Shown here: positions 1 to 9,357 of the stretch, in pieces
Layout: each line of letters begins with the position of its first letter
Position numbering within the stretch: position 1 is the first letter of the stretch
NCBI GenBank assembly: GCA_038065075.1
Contig: JBBTRQ010000019.1
Span: forward strand, 9,456-73,455
Direction of reading: 5' to 3'
Length of the DNA: 64,000 nucleotides
Source: Patescibacteria group bacterium
Lineage (GTDB): Bacteria; Patescibacteriota; Patescibacteriia; UBA9934; GWF2-40-263
Notes under the pieces: generated by a model
The model's database searches: none
What the model was told of the DNA's origin: nothing
Seen by the model: only the letters and a program-made list of their open reading frames with translations
Position numbers and translations under genes: made by a program

Positions 1-213
1 GTCACCCAGGGCTATCATCTCCACCGGGCCATTTGGACGTGTGAGGCACTGGGAATAGAAAGCGATGGCATCTCGGCCACCCTCCAACCCTATATCAAAG
101 AGATTCCGTTTAAGATCCGCGAGATTGGCGCGATCTATAAAATGTTCATCGACTTGTACCTCATAGAGCCGGAGATCATCGGCGGTGAGTTCATCCAAGA
201 CTTGGATCCATAA
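1..213 (+). CDS. C-terminal fragment of a DUF218 (SanA/YdcF-like) protein; the N-terminus lies outside the window
   Basis: Frame 1 reads through from the window edge to TAA at 211-213. The motif 'VTQGYHLHRAIW' resembles the conserved 'VTSxYHMxRA' C-terminal motif of DUF218 proteins. Confidence 0.35.
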   Translation, partial: VTQGYHLHRAIWTCEALGIESDGISATLQPYIKEIPFKIREIGAIYKMFIDLYLIEPEIIGGEFIQDLDP

Positions 214-216
214 CAA

Positions 217-256
217 AAGGCCGCCCCGAGCTAAGTCGAAGGGCGGTCTTTGTTTT
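217..256. terminator. Bidirectional intrinsic terminator hairpin between convergent genes
   Basis: GGCCGCCC-(14 nt)-GGGCGGTC stem followed by TTTGTTTT. Confidence 0.45.
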
Positions 257-1505
257 ACTTCTTGATAAGTTGAATCTCGTCAATGTAGAGAGCCGATCCT
301 TTCGGGAGGCTTCCGAAAAACACGACAAGGTCTTGCACGGTTGATGTTGATTCACGATTGGTGAACTCGTACTCCAGACACTTCCAGGAATCGCTGGCAT
401 TCACGAGCTTGGTGTTCACGACCGAACCGTTCCCGTCAGATCCTGTTTCCTGTGAGAGGTAGAAGCTGACAGACGATTGGCTGGAACTTCCCTGTGCGTA
501 CTTCGCGCGAATCGAGAAGGCATGCTTCGCGTTCTTCTCGAGTTTTCCAGTCGCGATATAGCGCAGTGCCTCATCCGAGAGCTGTGGGCTGGTCGCAACT
601 TCACCGCCTACATAGCCATAACTCCCGTTTGAGAGTCCAAGCGAGTAAGAACCCGCATAGCTCTGGGAAGTCGTGGTCTTGTCGTAAGGAGAAACGGTGG
701 AAGGATAGTCATGCGTACCGTAGTACCAAGCGGCGAGTGAGGAACCGAATCGCAGGTTGTTGTCGCGGGACTCGTTGGACTCGAATCCGATCTTGAACAC
801 ATTTGTTCCACTCGTACCGGCACAGCTGGAGACCGTGTTCGTTGAGGTCGAGCCAGAATTCGTTGTGCCTGAACCGGCAGAGGTCGTGGCGTTCACGTAG
901 GTGAGGTCGAGATCCTGCGCCGCGTAGGCAGTCAAGAGATCCGTCGCCTTGCTAGCGGAGGAGGCCTCAACCAGGATCGGCTTCATAAACGAAACGTTCG
1001 CGCCGGAGTTGCTGATGTTCTTGATCGAAGTCTGCTTGAGGAACACCCGAATCGTCTTGGTGCCACTCACCGTTGGGAAGATGCCATACACGACGTAATC
1101 GGAATCCGATCGTGAGGTTGTCTTTGTTTCCGTGCCCGACAGATATTTCAAAATCTTTCCCTTGCTGTCCAGGTAATACGCGTAGAGATATGGGTTACCT
1201 GAACGATTGCGATCAGACGCGGAATACGAAGTGCGACTATCCGTCTTGTCGGCGTAGGAAGCGATCAAGATATGGGACGAATCGATGTCCTTTGCGCTGA
1301 TGTCCACATAGGCCCATTCACGCTGGGATCCTTCAATCGTTACCTTGTCCGAAGACACCGTTGGAGACCCGTAGGTGCTCCACGTATTGAGGTTTGATGG
1401 CAAGTAGGTCGTCGCCGACGCATGAGCCAAAACCGCTGGTACCGTGCTAAAAAGCACAAAAATGGCCAGCAAAAGGGAGTTCGTAAGACGCATTGAGGCT
1501 GTCAT
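255..1505 (-). CDS. Secreted Ser/Thr-rich protein of unknown function
   Basis: 416-aa ORF with an N-terminal signal peptide (LLLAIFVLFSTVPAVLA) and long S/T/G-rich stretches. No catalytic motif recognised. Confidence 0.5.
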   Translation of the reverse strand: MTASMRLTNSLLLAIFVLFSTVPAVLAHASATTYLPSNLNTWSTYGSPTVSSDKVTIEGSQREWAYVDISAKDIDSSHILIASYADKTDSRTSYSASDRNRSGNPYLYAYYLDSKGKILKYLSGTETKTTSRSDSDYVVYGIFPTVSGTKTIRVFLKQTSIKNISNSGANVSFMKPILVEASSASKATDLLTAYAAQDLDLTYVNATTSAGSGTTNSGSTSTNTVSSCAGTSGTNVFKIGFESNESRDNNLRFGSSLAAWYYGTHDYPSTVSPYDKTTTSQSYAGSYSLGLSNGSYGYVGGEVATSPQLSDEALRYIATGKLEKNAKHAFSIRAKYAQGSSSQSSVSFYLSQETGSDGNGSVVNTKLVNASDSWKCLEYEFTNRESTSTVQDLVVFFGSLPKGSALYIDEIQLIKK

Positions 1506-1545
1506 ATACCCACAACCTAGGCAAAAAATGGAATTTTGTCAAGGA

Positions 1546-2055
1546 TTACGTGACGGAAACGATTTGGTACGTTGCGGCTCCTCCGGGTGTCGTAAGCTCG
1601 ATTTTCTCTCCCACTGACCGTCCCATGAGCCTTGCCCCCAGTGGAGACTTGAAAGAAAGTTTGCCCTTCACAGGGTCGGCCTCCTGTGGACCCACGATAT
1701 AAAACGTCTTGGTTGTCCCTTGGTCGAGCTCCAACACAACGGTCGAACCCATCTGCACAAGCCCGGACGCGCTGGGTTCAATTTCGATAACGACCTTCAG
1801 TTTCTCCTTGATCGTTGTCGCCTGGTCGTGAAGACGGCGCATGCGACCCTTGGCCTCCTGGTACTCGGCGTTCTCGGAGAAGTCCCCGAACTCTCCTGTT
1901 CGTCGAACGTCGGCGATGGCTTGTGGAAGTTCCTCGTCTTGAATCCGCTCGAGCCTCCGCTTCATCTTTTCGATGGCCTCGGGAGTCAAATACAATGGTT
2001 CCTCTTCTTGGAGCGCCTGCTTCATTATTTGTTTGGGACGAAAAGGGAGTTGCAT
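1546..2055 (-). CDS. greA: Transcription elongation factor GreA
   Basis: An N-terminal coiled-coil (LTPEAIEKMKRRLERIQDE ... DFSENAEYQEAK) and a C-terminal FKBP-like domain (SFKSPLGARLMGRSVGEKIEL) match GreA. Confidence 0.85.
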   Translation of the reverse strand: MQLPFRPKQIMKQALQEEEPLYLTPEAIEKMKRRLERIQDEELPQAIADVRRTGEFGDFSENAEYQEAKGRMRRLHDQATTIKEKLKVVIEIEPSASGLVQMGSTVVLELDQGTTKTFYIVGPQEADPVKGKLSFKSPLGARLMGRSVGEKIELTTPGGAATYQIVSVT

Positions 2056-2070
2056 ACGGCCCTAGTATAC

Positions 2071-2107
2071 CCCAAAACAAAACCAGACTCCCTATGAAGT
2101 CTGGTTT
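2071..2107 (-). terminator. Intrinsic terminator downstream of the small acidic ORF
   Basis: AAACCAGACT-ccctatga-AGTCTGGTTT hairpin followed by TTTTGTTTTG on the minus strand. Confidence 0.5.
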
Positions 2108-2234
2108 CTGCGTTCTTTCCAAACTCGATGAGATCGACTTGAACGGGATGCCAGCGCTGGAGCCCTACTAAAACGTAGGGCGACAAGCTGGCAGGGACCC
2201 GTGAGAGGCGAGATCGCGAGTTTGGGGAGAACGT

Positions 2235-2435
2235 CTACCACTCGCCTCCGTCGTCGCCATCACCCATGTCCATCTCCATGTCGACGTCGTCCTTCTCTTC
2301 ATCATCGTCGTCCATGTCCTCCTCGTCCTTGTCCATGTCGTCATCGCCGAACTCGTCGTCCGAGACGAAACTGTATTGATACAGCATAACGTGGTGCTCC
2401 CCTTCGCTCCTGAGGAGCTTTAGAGAGCGGATCAT
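2235..2435 (-). CDS. Small, extremely acidic protein (66 aa; the C-terminal two-thirds is almost entirely D/E)
   Basis: The ORF is followed by a clean intrinsic terminator, which supports it being a real gene. Sequence is DDMDKDEEDMDDDDEEKDD... Confidence 0.35.
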   Translation of the reverse strand: MIRSLKLLRSEGEHHVMLYQYSFVSDDEFGDDDMDKDEEDMDDDDEEKDDVDMEMDMGDGDDGGEW

Positions 2436-2534
2436 TTGTTATGAATTAAGTACCTAAAGCTTAGGTGAAACAATAATACCATCTGTGAACGAGTCCTCAA
2501 GAGGCTGTCAAGGGCTATGGTATGATTCAACAAT

Positions 2535-3119
2535 ATGATAGAGGTTGAAAAGAAATATAGGCTCACACCGGAACAAGAAAAACGACTCCTCGAGGGGGCG
2601 ACGCTCTTGAAGAACAAGACCAACGAGGACGTGTATTTCGACACGGCCGATTTTGCTCTCACGCGACAGGACCACTGGTTACGGACACGCTCCGGGCGGT
2701 GGGAGCTCAAACGCCGTGTACATGAACTGGGACATAAGCTGGGAGGAACCGCCTACGATGAAATTGAGGACGAGCCGGGAATCCGCTCATTCCTTCAGTT
2801 GCCTGAAAAAAATTCCCTCGCGGATGATCTCGCGGATGCCGGATACAAACCGTTTGCTCGTATCGTGAAAGAACGCCGGTCGTATGAGAAGGAAGGTTTC
2901 CACATCGATCTGGACATTTGTGATTTTGGCTATGAGCTCGCGGAGATTGAACTGATGCTCGAACACGAGGACGAGCGGCAGGACGCGCTCAAGCGCATCG
3001 AAAATTTTGCTGACCGTCATGAGCTCGACCGGACACCGGTGCGCGGCAAGATCATCGAGTATCTCTACCGATTCAACCGACCGCACTACGACGCGCTCGT
3101 CGAGGCTGGGGTGATATGA
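2535..3119 (+). CDS. CYTH-domain protein (CyaB/thiamine-triphosphatase-like)
   Basis: N-terminal 'IEVEKKYRL' ExExK motif and the overall size of a CYTH triphosphate tunnel fold. Confidence 0.55.
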   Translation: MIEVEKKYRLTPEQEKRLLEGATLLKNKTNEDVYFDTADFALTRQDHWLRTRSGRWELKRRVHELGHKLGGTAYDEIEDEPGIRSFLQLPEKNSLADDLADAGYKPFARIVKERRSYEKEGFHIDLDICDFGYELAEIELMLEHEDERQDALKRIENFADRHELDRTPVRGKIIEYLYRFNRPHYDALVEAGVI

Positions 3120-4003
3120 GCCCAGCGGCAAAACTTCTGCGCTGGTATCGACAGCATGGACGTCCCCTGCCGTGGCGACGTACACGAGATTCGTATCGCG
3201 TCTTGGTGAGCGAGATCATGCTCCAGCAGACGCAGGTCGACCGCGTCGTCGATTTCTACAAGCGCTGGCTCAAACTTTTTCCGACGTGGAAGACTCTCGC
3301 GCGTGCGACCAATGCTCAAGTCATCCACGCCTGGGCGGGACTGGGATACAACCGTCGAGCACTCATGTTGCGCGATGTTGCTCGATACGTGGTCGAGCAC
3401 GGAGTTCCTCGCACGCAAGAGGCCTGGCTCGCGATCAAAGGCATTGGGCCGTACACCGCCGCGGCCGTGAGTGCGTTCGCACAGAAACAACGCACGCTCC
3501 CCATCGACACCAATATCCGCCGCGTGCTCGGCCGGTTGTTGCTCGGTAAGCCGTTTGCCACGCTCGCGGACGACGAAAAAATCCGCTCGAAAGCCGACTT
3601 TCTCCCGCGCCGAGGCGCGTACTACGACGTCCCCCAGGCGATCTTCGACCTGGCGACCGCGATCTGCCCCAAGAATCCTGATTGTGCACGATGCCCGTTG
3701 CGCAATGACTGCCCCTCTGCCAAGCTATTCCTGCAGGGTCGCGTAACAATCCCCAAACGCTCCGTCGCCGTCGCCTGTGAACACAAGCACCGCAACAAAC
3801 CCTTTCCCGACCGCATCTACCGCGGGCGGATTCTCAAGCTCGTTCGAGAATGGGGTCAGGTCGGGTTATGTGCTTTTGGACGACTCATTGACCCAGACTT
3901 TGATAAAAAACTCGACCAAAAATGGATCGAGGCGATGGTCGAGAGACTCGTTCACGATGGACTTCTCGAACACAAAGGGAATAAACTCACCCTTCACGCA
4001 TGA
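3116..4003 (+). CDS. mutY: A/G-specific adenine DNA glycosylase (MutY / endonuclease III family, HhH-GPD)
   Basis: 'LPWRRTRDSYRVLVSEIMLQQTQV' helix-hairpin-helix region and a C-x6-C-x2-C-x5-C FeS loop (CPKNPDCARCPLRNDCP). The start overlaps the CYTH stop by 4 nt. Confidence 0.8.
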   Translation: MSPAAKLLRWYRQHGRPLPWRRTRDSYRVLVSEIMLQQTQVDRVVDFYKRWLKLFPTWKTLARATNAQVIHAWAGLGYNRRALMLRDVARYVVEHGVPRTQEAWLAIKGIGPYTAAAVSAFAQKQRTLPIDTNIRRVLGRLLLGKPFATLADDEKIRSKADFLPRRGAYYDVPQAIFDLATAICPKNPDCARCPLRNDCPSAKLFLQGRVTIPKRSVAVACEHKHRNKPFPDRIYRGRILKLVREWGQVGLCAFGRLIDPDFDKKLDQKWIEAMVERLVHDGLLEHKGNKLTLHA

Positions 4004-4097
4004 TGACTTTTGTTCACCCCGGTGAGAAAAAGTAATCATCGTCTGCGGACAAAAGTTCGTATATACGAAAAAATGTCCGCATCCTCAATGTCTACCT

Positions 4098-4523
4098 ATG
4101 CATGACTCAATAAAAATCGGCGCTGGGGTCGTTATTATCAAAGATGGAAAAACACTCCTAGCCAAACGCCAAGGCTCACATGCAGAGGGTTGCTATGGTT
4201 CATTGGGTGGTCACGTGGAGTTTGGCGAGAGTCCTGTCGATGCCGTCAAACGCGAAGCACGGGAGGAACTGGGGATCGAGATTGGCAACGTCCAATTTGT
4301 CTCGTGCACCAACATGCGCAAGTACGGCAAGCACTACGTCGACATTTCATTCGTTGCCGAGATTATTTCGGGAGAGCCGACCATCATGGAACCGCACAAG
4401 ATCGAATCGATCGGGTGGTTCCCGCTGGATGATCTGCCTTCTCCTCTCTTTGAGCCCGTCCGCATCGCGCTGGAGGCAATCAAAACCGGGAGTCGATATT
4501 TTGAAGTCAACGAAACCGTATGA
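4098..4523 (+). CDS. NUDIX hydrolase (MutT-like)
   Basis: Nudix box GGHVEFGESPVDAVKREAREELGIE. Confidence 0.75.
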   Translation: MHDSIKIGAGVVIIKDGKTLLAKRQGSHAEGCYGSLGGHVEFGESPVDAVKREAREELGIEIGNVQFVSCTNMRKYGKHYVDISFVAEIISGEPTIMEPHKIESIGWFPLDDLPSPLFEPVRIALEAIKTGSRYFEVNETV

Positions 4524-4930
4524 ACTACTTTATTGCCTCACGTTGGAGGAACCGCGATATACTCGATCCCCTCGTAGAACAGATCCGCGCCGCGGGGCAT
4601 GACGTGTACTACTTCGTCGAGAAGACCATCACCAAACACGCGCGTGAGTTGGAGCCCGAGGAGTACATGAAGCGATACGAGTCGATCAAGAACTGGCGCG
4701 AAGATCCCTATTGCAAAAAAATCTACGAACAGGACCTCTGCGGCCTCAAGGAATGCGAAACGCTCTTGTTGATTCTTCCTGCGGGAAAGTCGGCGCACAT
4801 GGAGGCCGGCATCGCACACGGTCTTGGGAAGCGAACCATTCTTGTGGGCGCGGTCGAGGAAACGGAGAGCCTGTATCTCGCGTTTGATGAATGGTATCCA
4901 AGTATCGAAGAATTCATCGCCTCGCTATGA
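4520..4930 (+). CDS. Nucleoside 2-deoxyribosyltransferase-like protein
   Basis: 'LLILPAGKSAHMEAGIAHGLGKRTIL' resembles the NDT-family C-terminal motif. It overlaps the NUDIX stop. Confidence 0.4.
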   Translation: MNYFIASRWRNRDILDPLVEQIRAAGHDVYYFVEKTITKHARELEPEEYMKRYESIKNWREDPYCKKIYEQDLCGLKECETLLLILPAGKSAHMEAGIAHGLGKRTILVGAVEETESLYLAFDEWYPSIEEFIASL

Positions 4931-5285
4931 CGACATGGCTCAAAGAGGAAAAAGCCGGATCCCGGACCTGACCCCAAAATCGGCAGGATCAAAAAACCAT
5001 CGGCACATGACCGTTGGTTTTTTGTGACTCCACTGAACTAAATTTGGCTCACGGAAGTCGGGTACTGGTTGCCCAGTACGCAGTTTGGACGGAAATCCAG
5101 TCGGAACCGGAGAATCGTCCTCACGTTGCTGCACCCAGTCCGCCGTCGCTCTAGCGAGCTATGGCGGATTTTCAAGGTTTACCGCGGGGTCCTCGCGTTG
5201 CCTCCGAAGAAACAACGGTTCTAGACCCTAAGCCATTGATTTGCCCAAATTAGTTCCATGGAGCTATTTCTAGTGTAGCAAATTA

Positions 5286-5726
5286 TTATTGGGTGCGCAC
5301 GTACTGATGGCTCGTCAAGGGAATGTAGTGCACCTGTACTTCGTTCTGTGTCTGCTCAAATCCCGCCAGCGCCACGGTCGGCTCGTTCGGACTCGAGAGA
5401 AAGTCCTCAACACGAATCGGCGTTACGTCGATAGACGTGGCTGGAGCTTGCGCGACGGACGTCCTGGAGGAAACCGTCTGCGGTCCAATCTCCGGCTCAA
5501 TCGAAACCTGCGCGGCCATGAGCGCGAACACGCCCACCATCATACCTCCAGCAAAGAGCGGCGCGGTATACCCCATCATCCGTTCCCATTGGCTGGCGCG
5601 GTGCTCAAAAAACCGCGAACACAGAAGACTGCGTCGCAATTCATAGCGATGCTCTACGTCGCCGGGGTGCTCCTGGGAACCCATGACTTGTAGGAGCTCT
5701 TCGATGTTGAGGGACTTGCGGGACAT
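5286..5726 (-). CDS. Putative anti-sigma factor with a single TM segment
   Basis: Lies immediately downstream of, and overlaps, the ECF sigma gene. One hydrophobic helix (MMVGVFALMAAQV). Confidence 0.4.
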   Translation of the reverse strand: MSRKSLNIEELLQVMGSQEHPGDVEHRYELRRSLLCSRFFEHRASQWERMMGYTAPLFAGGMMVGVFALMAAQVSIEPEIGPQTVSSRTSVAQAPATSIDVTPIRVEDFLSSPNEPTVALAGFEQTQNEVQVHYIPLTSHQYVRTQ

Positions 5727-6286
5727 AGTTGAGGTTCCACCATCAGTGCCTGAAGTTTTTTCAAGGCTCGATGGATATGTGACTTAATGGTTCCCTCCTT
5801 CATGCCAAGTGTGGTCGCGATCTCTGGAACGGTCATGTGGGAAAAGTAGCGAAGTGTCAGGATGTTCTGTTGCCGGCCGTTGAGCTTTCCCATCATCTCG
5901 CGCAACAAGCCGATTTGGCTCTCGAGTTCTGTCGCGTCCTCTCCCATGCGGTAAGCGATATCTGGACGGAAGTCTTCGCGGCCGATGAGCTCCGGCGCCT
6001 CATCCGTGGTGACCTCCAGAAACTTCGATCGTAGACGGTAGTAATTCCCTACTTGAGCGACGGCGATGGCGAAAAGCCATGACTTGAAGCTCGCGCCTTC
6101 TCGAGGTTTGTATCGATGGAGATTTTTCAGAGCCTGGAAAAACGTTTCGCTCGTCAGGTCCTTGGAAATTTCCGCGTTCCCCGTGCGGTTATACATAAAC
6201 CCAAAAACGGGTTGGTAGTACGTGTCGTACAGCCGCCCGAACGCTTCCGGGTCTGATTGTCCGTTGGCAACCAGGGTTTCTTCCAT
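5654..6286 (-). CDS. ECF-family RNA polymerase sigma factor (sigma-24 type)
   Basis: Region 2 ('YYQPVFGFMYNRTGNAEISKDLTSETFFQAL') and region 4 ('MTVPEIATTLGMKEGTIKSHIHRALKKL'). Start placed at MEETLVANG. A perfect palindrome CTTGTAAGTTACAAG lies just upstream. Confidence 0.8.
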   Translation of the reverse strand: MEETLVANGQSDPEAFGRLYDTYYQPVFGFMYNRTGNAEISKDLTSETFFQALKNLHRYKPREGASFKSWLFAIAVAQVGNYYRLRSKFLEVTTDEAPELIGREDFRPDIAYRMGEDATELESQIGLLREMMGKLNGRQQNILTLRYFSHMTVPEIATTLGMKEGTIKSHIHRALKKLQALMVEPQLCPASPSTSKSSYKSWVPRSTPAT

Positions 6287-6414
6287 AGCTTGTAAGTTAC
6301 AAGTTAGTCGAGTAGCTGACCCATAGCCCATTTATACCATGGGCCAGCAACCCTTTCGACCTTGCACTAGGTAAATCGTAGCACACCTAAAATCGTTGCG
6401 TCTCTCTTTTCAAG

Positions 6415-6443
6415 GAAACAAAAACCCACCAGCGTGTGGTGGG
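6415..6443 (-). terminator. Intrinsic terminator of the high-GC lipoprotein gene
   Basis: CCCACCAGCGTGTGGTGGG hairpin followed by a T-run on the minus strand. Confidence 0.5.
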
Positions 6444-6503
6444 TGCGTGGGGGGTCACATTGGTGCCGATCGGCTCCTAAGTGCCCCCCCGTAGCCTGAC
6501 GAC

Positions 6504-8540
6504 TCAGGGCGTGTGCGGGGTGAAGCCACCGAAGGCGAAGACCCCTCCGCCCTTGTACTCACCGTTGGCGAGGAAGGTTCCGCCATCGCAGGTGACGACG
6601 TACTTCCCGCCGACCTGGGGGCGGGAGCCGTTGACGAACGTGCAGTTCGTCGGCTCCGGCGGCGAGACGACCGCGGGGGTCGCGGTGGGCTCGGTCGTGG
6701 GCGCCTCGAGCTCGGCCGGCACCGGGGTCAGCCGGGGCCAGCGGGAGCACTTGGCCGGGAGCTTCTCGCACAGGAGCGCGAGGCTCGGGGCCATGAGATC
6801 GTCGTACTCGGCGTCGGTGTCGGGGTACAGGGTGATCTCGGGCAGTCCGCGCTCACGGCGGAGGCCCTTTGCCTCGACGTTGATGCGCAGAGCGTCTTTC
6901 GCTCTGCCGAACTCGCCCTCGAGCGCACAGTCGTGGCCGTAGTGGGCGTCGAGACTGCGGCGGAACCGCTCGCGCAACTCGTAGCGCAAGCTCTGCTCCT
7001 CTCCCGGCGTCTGTTCGATGCCGAGCTCCGTGCGGATGGCGGCCTCGCGCGAAGCCGAGACCTCACCGCGGGTCAGAAAGTGGAAGATGTACGCGATCTC
7101 CCGGCGGTACTCGTCGTCGGGGAGCTCCTTGTTCCAGGCCTCCCAGGTGTCTTCCATCTGGGTGTTGGCGCCGCCCTGGAGATCCTCCAGGATCAGCTTC
7201 TGGGTTGAGGTGATGGCACCCACGCTCTGGTAGAACGGGAGGCCCAGCGCGCAGAGCCCGAGCTCCCGCTCGAAGTCGAGCGAGCCGTCCGTCCCCGAGC
7301 GATTCGGGAACGTGTCGAGCATCGCGACCCAGAAGGCCGTGAGCTCGCGGTCGTTCATCGCCCGGACGCGTATGAGGTACGAGGTCAGGAGGTTCCTCTC
7401 CGTCTCATTCTCCCACATGTCCGTACTCCAGCCACTGTAGCTGCCGGGGTCGATACCCAGAATCGTGGTCGCGGGCTCGACCTTCTCCTCGCCCGCGACG
7501 GCCACCGGGAACATCTCGTCGATAGCCTGACGGGTGTGCGCGAAGTAGAGCTCGCGCAGAACCTGGTCGGCGCGGATGAGCTGATAGAGCTCGAGCGTGC
7601 CGGCCACCGGGGTCGAATAGCAGCCTTCGCCGCACTCGATCCAGATGAGGACGTTGGCGGCGGGGAGCTTGAGGTAGCGCGCCGCGTACTCGCGAGCCTT
7701 GACCTTGTCGGTCTTCCCGAGGATGGCGATGTCCGCCACGACGACCTCGGGGCCGAAGTACCGGCCCAAGCCGCTGAAGTCGTCCTTCTCCCAGGCGGTC
7801 ACCTCGCGGTCGAGGAGCTCGACCAGGATCGAGACGTCGCCCTTGAGGGCAAGCTCGCGTATCTGGTACGGGCTGAGGATCTCGGAGATCTCCCAGCCGT
7901 GGGTCTGGGCGATGTGCTTGGCGACGTCGATCTTGCCGTTGAGGAAGGCGTACTGGGCGACGTCCTGCGTACGGATCACCTGGTCGGCGCCGACCATCTT
8001 CTTGGTCGCACGATCGAGCGTGGCCAGATCTCCGGTGTGGACGGCGATCATCGCAACCGCCTTCCACTCGCCTTCCTTCTCGAGCTCGGTCGAGCAACGC
8101 TTGGCGTCCTCGAGCCGGCCCAGCACGATCCAAATCTGGGCGGCCTCCCACTCGCGATCCTGCGCCTCCAACGCGAGCGCCTCGTCGGCGCGTGGCGCGG
8201 GGGCGTCGGTGGTGCCGTAGTCGGTGCCGGGGTCGGCGACCTTCGCGGCGTCCCAGATGCTGGGGTCGCCCAGGATCGGATCGGGCTTCGAGCGGTCGAC
8301 GCGGAAGTCTGCGGTGTAGCGCCAGATGTCACGCGGGTGCGGGACGGCGGCGTCTGCCTCGATCTGGGTGGCGATGCCGGCGCGCCAGGCCTCGACGGCC
8401 GCGGCGTCCATGAAGGTCTTGTCGACCTCGGGCTCGGGCTCCGGCAGAGGCGCCTGGGTGGGCGAGGGCGGGTCGCTCTGGGGCTGGGAGCAGCCAAAGA
8501 GGACGACGAAGATGGCCAAAAACAGGTGTCGAAGGTTCAT
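6504..8540 (-). CDS. Lipoprotein of unknown function in a strongly GC-shifted single-gene island
   Basis: Signal peptide plus lipobox (LFLAIFVVLFGCSQ) and a Pro-rich linker. Codons are dominated by G/C at third positions, unlike the neighbours. Antisense ORFs here are GC shadows. Confidence 0.55.
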   Translation of the reverse strand: MNLRHLFLAIFVVLFGCSQPQSDPPSPTQAPLPEPEPEVDKTFMDAAAVEAWRAGIATQIEADAAVPHPRDIWRYTADFRVDRSKPDPILGDPSIWDAAKVADPGTDYGTTDAPAPRADEALALEAQDREWEAAQIWIVLGRLEDAKRCSTELEKEGEWKAVAMIAVHTGDLATLDRATKKMVGADQVIRTQDVAQYAFLNGKIDVAKHIAQTHGWEISEILSPYQIRELALKGDVSILVELLDREVTAWEKDDFSGLGRYFGPEVVVADIAILGKTDKVKAREYAARYLKLPAANVLIWIECGEGCYSTPVAGTLELYQLIRADQVLRELYFAHTRQAIDEMFPVAVAGEEKVEPATTILGIDPGSYSGWSTDMWENETERNLLTSYLIRVRAMNDRELTAFWVAMLDTFPNRSGTDGSLDFERELGLCALGLPFYQSVGAITSTQKLILEDLQGGANTQMEDTWEAWNKELPDDEYRREIAYIFHFLTRGEVSASREAAIRTELGIEQTPGEEQSLRYELRERFRRSLDAHYGHDCALEGEFGRAKDALRINVEAKGLRRERGLPEITLYPDTDAEYDDLMAPSLALLCEKLPAKCSRWPRLTPVPAELEAPTTEPTATPAVVSPPEPTNCTFVNGSRPQVGGKYVVTCDGGTFLANGEYKGGGVFAFGGFTPHTP

Positions 8541-8657
8541 CGCTGGTCTCCGGAGGGTTACGGGGCGGGAAATGAACACAACACGCAGGCAGGAAGCCCG
8601 CATGAAGGAAACAAAAATACCCTATTTTGGGCATTTTGTCAATGTTTGGACATCAAA

Positions 8658-9335
8658 TTACGTTGAAATATCGTTGAAATCGATAAACTTTACCTCGAGC
8701 GGATCGTTCTCCTCTGGCTGAACCACATGAAACTCGTACAGGCCTGGGAGGTACTCTCGATCCTCGTGAGGGACCTCGCGCATGATGTCCTGAACGAGGC
8801 GTCGTAACTCGACGTCCTCAAAATCGTATTTCCACAGTCCGGTCAGATGATCCTGCCACGCTCGAAGCTCGGGCGTCACGGTTCCGGCACTCACACCGCC
8901 CTGGCCCTGCGTGGTCATCTCGATGATCGCCCGCCCATCTTTTTTCACGACGATGTTCCCACCGAACTTTTCCTCTTCCGTCTCCGCGATGTCCGCCTCC
9001 CAATTCTCTGGATGCTCGCCGACGGTCTGACGCACGAACGCAACGGCTTCCTCAAGTGTCAATTTTGTCTTGCGCACAGGCAGACCCTCTTTAGGCTGCA
9101 AAAAGACAAACAGACGCTTGGAGGGAATCTCGGCGGTCGTCTTTGCGGGGTCGTCGAGAAATTCCTCGACGGAAATATGAACTCGAACATACCGAGGCAA
9201 ATCAAGCTCCTCGAGCGCATCCCAACCTGCCTGTCGAGGTCGATCAAGCTTGCGCGCGAGATCTGGAGCCGCGGACTCAAGTCCCTTGGACCACGCGGCC
9301 ATGCCTTTTCCGATTTGTTCAGATTTTCGTTTCAT
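8658..9335 (-). CDS. Hypothetical protein
   Basis: ORF downstream of rpoD. The start was moved to an internal Met to avoid a 90-nt overlap with rpoD. Confidence 0.35.
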   Translation of the reverse strand: MKRKSEQIGKGMAAWSKGLESAAPDLARKLDRPRQAGWDALEELDLPRYVRVHISVEEFLDDPAKTTAEIPSKRLFVFLQPKEGLPVRKTKLTLEEAVAFVRQTVGEHPENWEADIAETEEEKFGGNIVVKKDGRAIIEMTTQGQGGVSAGTVTPELRAWQDHLTGLWKYDFEDVELRRLVQDIMREVPHEDREYLPGLYEFHVVQPEENDPLEVKFIDFNDIST

Positions 9336-9357
9336 ACAGGCCGTAGCCTGTTTCTCT

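Noticed and set aside
7405-8666. Long antisense and alternative-frame ORFs (e.g. 7405-8151 -, 7536-8666 +, 8048-8497 -) across the lipoprotein gene
   Set aside because: These are Arg/Pro/Gly-rich shadow ORFs typical of very GC-rich DNA. The lipoprotein frame has a signal peptide, a terminator and coherent composition.
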